DNA of 20,000 nt from Trichoplax sp. H2 (Eukaryota), in contig NOWV01000021.1 of NCBI GenBank assembly GCA_003344405.1, positions 802,068 through 822,067 on the forward strand, written 5' to 3'. Made by a program: the position numbers and the translations under genes. How positions within the stretch are numbered: position 1 is the stretch's first letter; every line of letters starts with the position of its first letter. This document shows, in pieces, positions 1-10,650 of the stretch. Under the pieces are notes generated by a model that searched no databases, was not told the DNA's origin, and saw only the letters and a program-made list of their open reading frames with translations.

Positions 1-56
1 ATTGATAAATATCCATTTGTAATGTAAATTAACGCTGATATTTATAACTTTTATAG

Positions 57-3000
57 ATGAATTAAATGCTAGTTTAGTGCTGAGTAAAAAGCCGCATGCT
101 GTAATTAAGTAAGGCAACTAATATTCTGATGGAATATATCTGTAACTGTTATCATACTAAAATTACATGAATTATATTTAAAGATCTATAAGATTTGAAA
201 AAGCACTCCAAATGCCAGGTGTTGTAAGTCATGTTACAGCAGCGGATATTCCCGGAACTAATCATTTTGGCCCTGCTGTTGCCGACGATGAAGTATTTGC
301 TACTACAAAGGTACTTGGCTGATTTAGTGACGGTTACACAAGATCGCGTATACAAGTCTAATATTCTCCAGTAGTTGTTTATCTATCGATTTATCTATAT
401 GTAGAAATTCAAAGTGGATAGGTCTACTAGTCTATTGCTCAATCGTAATCTCGATTTCGATATCGACAGGTTACTTGCATAGGTCATATTATTGGAGTTA
501 TTTTAGCGGATACTAAAGAACATGCTGATGATGCGGTTGCAGCCGTAGAAATCGAATACGAAGATTTACCTGCAATTTTAACCATAGAAGTATGCGAGAA
601 TCATGGTTACAGTTCTAGTATTTCATAAAGGGGCAATGATGACATTGATATTGTGATTTTCGATATATGACTTCTTTTTTCATCATGCTTGTGTATTTTA
701 GGAAGCGATAGAAGCAAAATCTTTTTACCAACCGATCCGCCATCGTCAAGTAGGAGATGTAGAGCAGGAATTGGAAATGTCCGATCAAGTTATCGAGGGA
801 GAGCTTCGAATTGGTGGACAGGTAATTGGATAAAATAAAGGGTTGGAATGGTTTAATCTGATGGATTGCCATAACTAACAATTTACGTCATTGAATTGAT
901 GCTTCAAGTAAAAGTTAATGCTTACAATATTAATATTTGCCCAGTTTCTGTTTAATCCTTACCGCATTAAACACGATTTAGGAACATTTCTATTTCGAAA
1001 CACAAAGTTGTCTGGCATTACCTAAGCTTGAAAACGGTGAAATGGAAATTTTTGCTTCTACTCAGAATCCTAGCGGAACACAATTAACAGCGGCAAGGAC
1101 TTTAGCTATTCCAGCTAATAGAGTTGTGTGTCGAGTTAAACGCTTAGGTGCACGACTATATTTTAACAAGAATAATTATGCTGCATAATCATCGGTGTTG
1201 ATAGTATCTTCAATTAACTGTGATTCCATATACTCTCTTGTCATCCTAATAAATTAAGGAGGAGGATTTGGTGGAAAAGAAACACGGACAGTCGGATTTA
1301 CCACAGCAATTGCAGTTGCGGCACAAAAGTAAAGCCAGTAAACACTACTGTATAATATCCCAACTTAAAAGTACTCCATAAAGCCAACATTATCCATGAC
1401 ATGATGGATTCTCATTTCATTCATAACTATCCCACAGAATAATATCATAACTTAAATTGTCCTATAAATCCAGCACTATCTATAACATGATAGATTCTCA
1501 TTTCTTTTACAATTACCCCATAGAATAATATCCTAACGTAAATTATCTCACAAAGCCAACATTATCTATGAATGAATGGATTCTCATATCTTTCACATTT
1601 ATCCCGAAGTTCTTATTTAGCGTTACTGTTGCTCATAATTGATTAACATAATCAAATCTACGTTATTGTCAGTATATCACTTTTTCGCCAAGCATATTAA
1701 GATCATTAATGGCAGACGTAGTACAGTAGATATAATTTTGTTTTCCTGGGCTATATATCATGAGACAATTTGTAATTCTGTTCCAGTCCAGAGTATACCC
1801 GACTAAATTATACTTGTAGACGCTTTCTGCTCAATTTAAACGCTCTACAGGTTCATAGTCATGATTTCATTAATCAGTCTGCAAAGTTTAAAATATAATA
1901 TTGCTATAATATATAAAGTTGATATTTTTATGTTCTTTTTATTTTACTTTACGATACTGACAGCATCTAACAGTATTTTAAAGTTAATCTTTATAGCTAG
2001 CTTGAAATGCTCAAAAGTAATTAAAGATTTATTCATTAATTTTCAAGCCATAGAATACCATTGCTTCATGATTTATAATTTCATGCAATCATAATATCAT
2101 AATAAGTATCGTAGAAGTTTTATGCAGGTATAGATCTGCTTACGCTTATATATATGCACATTCCAACATTTAGGGTTAGAAAGCCAGTTCGATGTGTTCT
2201 GGAAAGAGATATTGACATGTCAATAACTGGAACAAGACATCCTTTTTTATTTAGATATAAGGTAATACGTGAATGAATATCGCCGTTAAATACAGATTAC
2301 AGATGTAAAGCAGGTTTTGGTATTAAAAGAGCTTTACTCTGCGTATCTAGGTTGGATTTTCTAATAATGGAGCTGTTCGTGCTTTAAAAATTCGTATGTA
2401 TTCTAACGCTGGAAACTCGTTCGATTTGTCCTTAGCGGTACGAAGAGCAATTTATCTTTTAAAAGCTACTATAGTTATCTTATCAACTTAAGTTGTTATA
2501 ACACGAAGTAGGCAGTAATCGTTATTATTGTGTAAATCTTTCAGGTTATGGAGCGTGCCTTAATAGGATTTCGAAGCTGTTACCATTTTTCAAATATTGA
2601 TATTATGGGTTATATATGTAAAACAAATATTCCATCCAACACAGCTTTTAGAGGATTTGGTTCTCCTCAGGTATGTTAGAGATTGTTTCGTCTGATCTGC
2701 CAATATCATTTTGACATTGTATTAAATCTGTTATCCCTATTTGTGGGTTATTTATAAGACTAATGTAATGAAATTGTTCGTAATTCTGGGATCATATTTA
2801 CTTTTTTTACAGGGAATGTTATTAACCGAGACGATATTAAATGATGTTGCTACAGCATGTGATCTTCCTCCATTGAAGGTGGTAGTACAATCCAGTTTAT
2901 GGTTTTGCTACAGTGCAGAAGCCATGCAATCAAATTAGAATATTGAGTAATTTCTATTATTCGTATATCATTTAACTCAGGTTAGAGAGGTTAACCTGCA

Positions 3001-6000
3001 TAAAGACGGTGATTTGGCTCATTATAATATGACTGTGGAGAATAGCAAAGCTAGCCTTGTTTTACAGCAAGTCGTTGAAAAGAGTCATTACGAACGTCGC
3101 AAACAACAAATTAGTTCCTTCAATAGGTAATAAAGTTAATTTTTAATCTTTAATATTATCGCAATTTCCATTTATACTGTAGTCAAGACGGTAATTGGAT
3201 TCTAGAAACTATGGATTAATGCCTATCAATGCATAACTTTTTCCGCCGTTATAATAAAGCTACGACCAAATACGTATTGATGTTTAATTAATGGACGTTT
3301 TGATCATGGTATATATACGCGTATACATATGGTTAAGAATTGAAGGAATTAGATATATCAAGCTGTATTTTAATCTACAATTATTGATGAAATTATTGAC
3401 TGTATCATTCTCCTTCCATGTAGTAATACAATGATAGTCTATTTCATTTATTTAGGTAGTATTTGGTCATATTTAAATCATTTTTAATTACTAATAACGC
3501 CAAAATAAAGTCTTGCTCTTTCATATTTTTATGAAATAAGAAGCAAATAAACAACCGCAGAGAATATTTCGCTCTTTAATATTAATGAAATCACTTAAAA
3601 TTCTTTATCGATCATTCGTATTTTCCTAACATATACTAATACTGTCCAATTGTACCGTACTTAGTTGTAAGGATTTATTGGGTATTATTGCGTTTAAATA
3701 ATAAACAGTTTCGATTTTTACTATTTATAATTGCAGAGAAAATCGATGGAAGAAACGCGGTATTGCTGTCATTCCTACCGGCTTCCCAATATCCTATCCA
3801 TTAAAGTTTTTTAATCAGGTGTTAATATAGTAATAGAAATCGTGGACTGGCATTAATTTAATAAGTATAAAGCGAAGCATCTCCAATATTTTAACTATTT
3901 TCAAATCTTTAGGGTGGCGCTCTAGTTATGATTTATCTAGATGGTTCAGTTTTACTATCTCATGGCGGAACTGAAATGGGCCAAGGTTTACATACTAAAT
4001 TAACACAGGTCTACATAAAATTGTAATTCAGTAGCAATGATTAGAATTACGATAGTTGAAATTTCAAGTGTAAAATTAATTTGTTCGAGATACAGTTAGT
4101 GTTGCTTAATTATTACATAATTAATAAGAAATAAAAATAGTTAGGAATATAGCCTACAATCCCTTTTTACTACCTACGGATGCAGATGCAACTGTGGTGT
4201 TAATATACTCATTGCAAGCGCAAACATTGGATTAAGAGCAGAAATAGCAGCAGTAATCGTAATTCCGCTACAGTTACTCTAATATTAATATCATCTCTAT
4301 GTTAGATTTGTTCGCACGTTTTGGGAGTACCAGTTGAGAAGGTACATATGCTTGAGACATCAACGTCGTCTGTTCCCAACACTACGCCAACATCGGCATC
4401 CGTAGCTACCGACTTAAATGGTGGAGCAGTTCTTGTAAGCATGTTTGTTACTATCCTTTATTGAATAAGAATTTTAAATAATAAATGTACTGTTAGTATT
4501 TAGGTTTGTCCTTTTAATGTTGTTATACGTCATTGTTATTTAAAAGAATGGGTTATAAATCTGTTACTAATTTTCTAATGTATAATTCATGATCAATATT
4601 GAATCAAAATTTATAACCATCTCTAGATAGAATTGCCACTTTAATTTAATTTCTTTTGGAGCTAAGCTTCGTAAAGTATAATATTTTAATGGTATAAAAT
4701 TTCTATTAAAAAGATGAAATATTTTATCTAGAATGCGTGTGAAAAGTTAAAAGATAGGATTGCTCCTTATCAAGCTGCTAATCCAAAAGGAAAATGGGAA
4801 GATTGGGTAAATACATGATTTAATAACACATCTGCAGTGATTTCATATTTAGATTATATGCCATTAAGCAGATTTTTGCATAGTATTCTGTCGTATACAA
4901 TATTTCAGCATAGATTATTACCAATTATTAGAAATGATTGAATTGACTTAGCCACATTATTTACAAGGCTGAAGAAATATGTAATTTTAGCCTAAATACT
5001 TAGCGATTTATTATTCAAATTGTTGCTGTCATCATCTACTAGCAAATAGACATCTATTCAAATCTTGTAGATATTGGTTATCTTTACACAGACATTTAAC
5101 AGCTATTGGAAAATTTTAATAATTCTTATCATAGATCACTGCTGCCTACCTGGACAGAGTAAATCTGTCCGCTAATGGATTCTATCGGTATATAAAGAAA
5201 TTAAAGTATACTTATTTATTATAGTGTATTCCAATTTCAATATATACCAGGAAACCTTTAATGAAAGTTTAAATAACTAGGCTCCCTGATCGTGTAAATT
5301 ATGACTGGGAGGCGAATACCGGCCAGCCGTTTTATTATATAACATATGGTGCTGCAGTATCTGAAGTTGAGATTGACACCTTAACTGGAAGTCATCATGT
5401 ATATCTTATTTAATATTATATTTTCATGTAGATAGCAATGTCCTTCGTATCATTATGAGACAAATTCTACGCTTTTTATAGGCATAGAAATTATAGTAAA
5501 ATACATCATATATATTCATACTTAATTCTATTAAGATAATTTGTTTTGCGGATGGCCTTAATGATATAAGAATTGATCAATAATTATAGATAATACGGTC
5601 GGATATTGTCATGGATGTTGGCAAAAGTATTAACCCTGCCATCGACATTGGCCAAGTATAAGATGAAATTGTTTATCGAATTGTTAATTATGTTATCAAT
5701 TATTTCTGTATAGTTTAATCTCGAGTATAAAAATTTTTTTTCGATTCAGATTGAGGGGGCCTTTATGCAAGGAATTGGATTATTTACATTAGAAGAGCAA
5801 TATTTCTCGCCAGAGGGGAAACTATTAACTCGTGGGCCATCAACCTATAAATTACCAACTTCTAGGGATATTCCAAATGAATTTTACGTTTCCTTATTAC
5901 CGAATGTTCCGAATGATAAAGCAGTCTTTTCTTCCAAGGTAATCTCTACTTAATTCCTATGGTTATTTAAACAACATCTATAAATGCACATGTTCTTATG

Positions 6001-7087
6001 TATTGTTTTATATGTTTTTGCTTGCATTGATTTATATTTTTAAATCGTAATCTAGAATTCATACAATGTACCTAAAGCGTCTGAGTTATTTATTCTCAAA
6101 TTATCATTAAATTGGCCTAACATTACTTTTTGAATTATTGCAGGGGATTGGAGAACCGCCATTGTTTTTAGGATCGTCAGTATTCTTCGCAATTAAAGAT
6201 GCTATCAACTCTGCGAGGTATAATATACAGTATCTTACAGTAATAAAATTCTCTTGCTCCTGCAATATCTATTAGCATTCATTTATATAAAAGGTAGAAG
6301 TCCTACTTTAAATATGAAAAGGACTTTATTAGAAAATGTTTTATACCCTAATAACGAAAAATGATCTTTTCTACGGTACTGCATAAAGATTTAGGGGTCT
6401 CTAGTCAAACTAAGAAGAAATATAATCTATCACATTTTAATTTGTGATAAAATCTAAATCCGTTAGAATCTGAGATCATAACATTTTCTACCGTAGATTT
6501 CGCATCCGTTCTCGTTCATATACAAATCTAAGAATAAAATTTAATTTACTTAAATTAAGTTCCCTCTACGGGATGGGCTGCATATTCTACCACTATAACC
6601 TATATTTATAATAAATCGTCATTTTACCAAAACTACACAATCTTTAGAATACTGATTCTATGCTTCATAGTTCTAGACTATTATGGCTAATACTCTTATG
6701 CCGTACTCGATACTAATAAGCATCTTTAGAATGGGATAAAAAATCTACATTGTTATAACATAGCGAGAAATCCCTTTGAAAAGAATTTATTTCAACATGA
6801 TTTATTTATAGAAGATTATGCTAAGATTAGCATATTAAAGAAGTATTAAAACTATTTAATTAGGCAAGAAGTTGGTTTAGGCCTTATATATAGATTGGAT
6901 AGCCCTGGTACATGTGAACGCATTAGAATGGCATGTCAAGATCAAATTACCACAGCGGTATTCCATTATTATATTATTTGAATCTTGTAATCAAATAAAT
7001 GATATAATTATATCTATATTTTATCGAATTTAGATCGAGTCTACAGTTCAAGAGCCGAATGAAAAGCCATGGGCTATTCGTATATAA
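57..7087 (+). CDS. XDH: Xanthine dehydrogenase/aldehyde oxidase family molybdo-flavoenzyme, paralogue A (5'-partial; ~732 C-terminal aa, Moco-binding domain), 22 exons
   Basis: Hand-spliced GT-AG exons, frame-consistent: 57-108, 184-310, 470-589, 702-821, 982-1147, 1259-1328, 2174-2261, 2351-2437, 2545-2670, 2813-2878, 2981-3126, 3737-3818, 3913-4008, 4306-4434, 4732-4806, 5135-5187, 5281-5398, 5590-5655, 5750-5938, 6144-6217, 6864-6957, 7034-7087 (TAA). Family motifs: [71 protein letters not shown]-terminus KPWAIRI*. The symbol is family-level (XDH-like); orthology is not established. Confidence 0.95.
1352..1605. repeat. Degenerate tandem repeat (minisatellite), ~3 copies of an ~86-87 bp unit, in intron 6 of gene A
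   Basis: Units start with ATAATATC at 1352, 1439 and 1525. Each carries AAAGCCAACATTATC-like and GATTCTCAT blocks, with scattered substitutions between copies. Confidence 0.9.
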
Positions 7088-9495
7088 TTTGTTAAATATA
7101 GGGTATTATTATACTTTATTGTATTGCGGATTGCTTTCAATTTAATAGCAGTCGTAAAATTTTACCATGTAAAGTTTAGATTGTCCTCAATATCTTGTGT
7201 AGGTTAATATATTATACGAACGAATCTTGTGCTCATATAATATTAGTAACAAAGCGAGAATTAGTAATTCGAGTAAAACTTAATGCTTGAGAAGGAAGAA
7301 ACACCTTTGTTATTAAAATTAAGTGGCTGTTATAATTTTACAGGTTTTTTTATTTGTAGTTTGCTCGTGAGATCATGCAATAATCATAGATAGAAATCTT
7401 ATGTGTGCTCCATAATTTAAGTGATAAGAATTAAGAGCTATAGTATGCTATAGCAAACATTCCATTTTTAACGTTTTTTACATTCAAAATAATTCACTTT
7501 ATTTTAATCTCTTAATAAATAAATCTATAATTATTTTTATGAATATAGTAATACGTATTTCTACATAACAATTATAATTGTCCGCGTTGCAATAGTATCG
7601 TAACACTACTATGTGATTACATAAAGGAAGTTTACTTTCTATCACAATGTTGCCAAAGGTAACATACCAATTGGTTTTTATATCTAATATCAGTATGGTG
7701 TAGAAAGCTAGTACTATACAAGTATTAAAATCACTTAATATGTTGCATATATATATTTTCGACCCCATTTAACTGCAATAACTATGGCTGGAAGTGATTT
7801 GAGCTGTTAAATCTCACTATTCACATTTCTTTTCCTGTTTTAGACCTGCAGGCTAGTAATATTTTCTGTTTTGTTACAGCTTTGTTACATGATAAAATTT
7901 TGAGGATTATTAATTTAGTTCACTGCAATAGCTATATATAAGCATATATTCCTTCCTATTTATAATCGAGCCACTTGTAAACATTTGATTTTCTATCATA
8001 AATTTTCAAATTGACAGATCAAATCTTGTTCTATTTTTGTTATTTAGTTATAGAATTAGTCCTAGTATTGAACGCAGACTTAAATTGTTATTTTATGTCA
8101 TTGTAATGGACTATAGAGTTGAACTAAAACTGACAGAAATGGAAGAAGAGATAGAATTTGTGGTTGTAAAATAAATAGTATATAGAAGTAGATAAACTCC
8201 ACGTTTATACTCTAGTAGCTACTGTACGATTAGTTAAGTGTATAAGCTTATCGTTCAATTGGTAAAAACTAAGTAACTAAATACGGTAAACGATAGATAT
8301 ATCACTCCTATAAAATATTCAATCATCATATAAATACTAAAGGGAAGCCTTTCAAAATTATTCTATATTTTGAAATGATTTAGATCTAAACGCAGATATC
8401 ATCACGATTCGATTTTTATTGGATAACGACCCTGATATACATAAATGCAGCAGCGGTGCACAGCTGATACTAGCCTAGGGACCTTAATATTGATATACAG
8501 TATACATTAGGCAGTATTAATAATTTACTTTGTACACTTTACCACAAGTATCCAATGCAGCAGCCAGTCTTTCATGATCTCCAATAAATTTCTAGTAATA
8601 GCAAGTGCCATCTAATAGTGAAAGTAGTACAACTATAGGTATTCAAGTAACGTTAAAGATGGTAATTCAAGCTCAAGCGTTTGCACCATCATAGTCTCTC
8701 AGAAGGTATACAAATACTCTAACATTTACAAGAGATAATAACTTGTTTAGAAGTTGACTCCTAATCAATACTTTTATTCCGTTAAATAATCGTAAATCGC
8801 CTCTGATACTATGGATATACTTCCTAAATATGAGTTGCACAAACAAGAAAATCTTTCTTGTAAGAAGAAGTAGACTTTAAATAAAAGTAACTTTTATGAT
8901 TGTGATATAATAGAATTGACATCAATGGTTCTTTTAGATGAATTAATATATTGCTTTTGCTTTATTACAATCATCAAGTAACGTATTAAAATTTGGGACC
9001 CTTTAGGTAACAATAAATCAGTCGTAAAAATGATTTATAAGCAATAAGCACGAGTATATGCTGATCTAATTGTACTAGGTACTATGAGCACAAGTAATAA
9101 TTTGCGTATCAATCTAGTAACATTTCATAGTATTTATACGTACGTTTATAGTAATTGTTTTAAAATGTAGATATGCCCATAGAAAGCAATAGTCAAGCAT
9201 AGGTAGAATCTGGTTGAGAAAAATAAATCATGCGAAATGAAGTCTCGATAATGCATTGGGTATTACTATTATTGTTCCAGAAAGTCTTCATATAACAAAT
9301 CACATAAAGGATTATAATGAAACTTTGCTACTATTAATAGCTATAGTTTAACCCAAATACAACCTCAAAACCTTTTAATGCTAGAATGATTACACAGGTA
9401 ATGTTTTTACGAATTAGTATCTACGTTTATAATTCCGATCTTAGTATTTGTGATATATACCAATCACGAGATTCAAATTTTAGAAAAATGAGGGC

Positions 9496-9501
9496 TTTAT
9501 T
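9496..9501 (-). terminator. AATAAA polyadenylation signal in the outer LTR (R/U5 region)
   Basis: TTTATT on +. It lies downstream of the outer LTR TATA/Inr and 47 nt from the LTR 3' end, the expected LTR order. AATAAA is common in AT-rich DNA, so the support is positional. Confidence 0.45.
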
Positions 9502-9573
9502 GAATCTTATACAAAGATTAACTACACACAGCTCTACTTTAGCCGAATACTACTACTAAAGATTTCTAGAACG

Positions 9574-9609
9574 AACTAACAGAATAATCTAAAGTTGCAT
9601 GCTTTTATA
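9574..9609 (-). promoter_or_regulatory. Pol II core promoter (TATA + initiator-like) of the outer LTR
   Basis: The minus strand reads TATAAAAGCATGCAACTTTAGATTATTCTGTTAGTT. The TATA box starts 32 nt upstream of the A in TTAGTT. Confidence 0.55.
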
Positions 9610-9975
9610 CTTTCCGTAGCATTCGCAGCTACAATCCGCATGGCAAGCTTTTACCTTATTTTACACGTAGTTAAATTATTTTTAGTAAGACTATTCTACT
9701 GCGGACCATCGTTAATCCAATATGGATACGACTACAGTACTTACGTAGACATTATTCACACCAGCCTAAGTACAATGAATTAACCATATCCTAATATATG
9801 ATTGTCACAAATATCTCCTACTTGTGAGCGATTAAACTTCTCTAGTTGCTATTACTCTCGTTGAACACTGGCTATTATGGTCGAGGTTAGAACTACTAGA
9901 AGAGTTTTAATGTTATACAATACTGTATTGGTATAAGTCCGGGTTACAGGCCTGTCTATTACGATCGGAATTTGG

Positions 9976-10010
9976 AACTGAACAAGCTAGCCTGAGCTCG
10001 CCCTTTTATA
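9976..10010 (-). promoter_or_regulatory. Pol II core promoter (TATA + initiator) of the inner LTR
   Basis: The minus strand reads TATAAAAGGGCGAGCTCAGGCTAGCTTGTTCAGTT. The TATA box starts 31 nt upstream of the A of a consensus TCAGTT initiator, in a locally GC-rich patch. Confidence 0.7.
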
Positions 10011-10381
10011 CCCTTAGTGCAGGCCGTTGGTGCATTGTAGCGAACTGGACTCTGCTTATTTTACTAGAATTTATATTAGAATTTCTTTACAATTGATAAC
10101 AGGACTTAGTATAGACAAAGCTTGTAAACAACATTAATTAGAATAAATCAATTAATAACCAATTAGAGCCCTGAAGCTCTACACTAAATTAACACGCTTT
10201 TGATAGGTTCTATAGCCTATCATTAGATTACTTAATACTTAGCTAAGTAATTCTATGGCAACAATATAGATGGTGCATTTACATCTAATATTAATAATCC
10301 GAAACTCAATTAGCAATAGCGAATCGCAATTAACAAGAATGGATAAACAACATTAAAAGCAATTAGAAATATTAATTTAGC

Positions 10382-10402
10382 TTACGGTGTCAGACACCGT
10401 AA
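10382..10402. repeat. Perfect 10-bp inverted repeat with 1-nt spacer (TTACGGTGTC-A-GACACCGTAA) at the U3 terminus of the inner LTR
   Basis: Read directly; the arms are exact reverse complements. Confidence 0.9.
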
Positions 10403-10650
10403 CAATGATTTACAGTTCTATTTTTACCTATAGCTATAGCCTTGTTAGTAACTCAACACCTTACTGTATATAGTCATCTGTACTCTAGCATAGAGTCTCT
10501 ACCACTACAGTCTATAGTTATAGCTACCAAATATCTCTTGGGATAAATATCTACCGTACATTATACTAAACATGGCTAATAGTCTACAATCACAATACTA
10601 GTTACATTACAGTATTGTAGACGTTATTTGAATGATATGGAATTGTATCG

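Larger units (their letters stand above)
9803..10404 (-). mobile_element. Inner solo LTR (602 bp) inserted into the outer solo LTR
   Basis: Ends read TGTCAC...GTAACA on + (5'-TGTTAC...GTGACA-3' on -), flanked by the 5-bp direct repeat ATGAT at 9798-9802 and 10405-10409. On -: TATAAAAG at 10010-10003, Inr TCAGTT with A at 9979, ATTAAA at 9911-9906. Confidence 0.8.
9449..10611 (-). mobile_element. Outer solo LTR of an LTR retrotransposon (~556 bp after removing the nested insert and one copy of its TSD)
   Basis: Ends read TGTGAT...ATTACA on + (imperfect terminal inverted repeat), flanked by the 5-bp direct repeat GTATT at 9444-9448 and 10612-10616. On -: TATAAAAG at 9609-9602, Inr-like TTAGTT with A at 9577, AATAAA at 9501-9496. 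No PBS, PPT or internal ORF adjoins it. Confidence 0.75.

Noticed and set aside
1352..1605. Repeat array considered as CRISPR-like
   Set aside because: Whole units are similar along their length with no unique spacers, no cas genes are present, and the context is a spliceosomal intron.
152..2094. ORFs 152-355(-), 615-881(-) and 1861-2094(+), likewise 11196-11420(+) and 16092-16319(+)
   Set aside because: Antisense shadows of XDH-like exons or intronic chance ORFs. The remaining track ORFs are single XDH-like exons extended into introns.
6218..6863. Long introns (also 3127-3736, 15493-16366, 18865-19507) as possible MITE or solo-LTR hosts
   Set aside because: I found only short AT-rich hairpins and no terminal repeats with matching TSDs by eye; a genome-wide repeat search would be needed.
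7499..7768. 89-aa ORF on the minus strand in the intergenic spacer
   Set aside because: Ile/Leu/Asn-rich composition typical of chance ORFs in AT-rich DNA; no recognisable motif.
9595..9783. 62-aa ORF on the plus strand
   Set aside because: TTG start, lies antisense within the outer solo LTR, and shows no gag or pol motif.
8896..10409. Alternative element boundary: ATGAT followed by TGTGATATA at 8901, which could pair with the 10404 end
   Set aside because: It would overlap the 9449-10611 element without nesting, and TGTCAC at 9803 matches the GTAACA end better. Probably chance, though a third decayed LTR end cannot be fully excluded.
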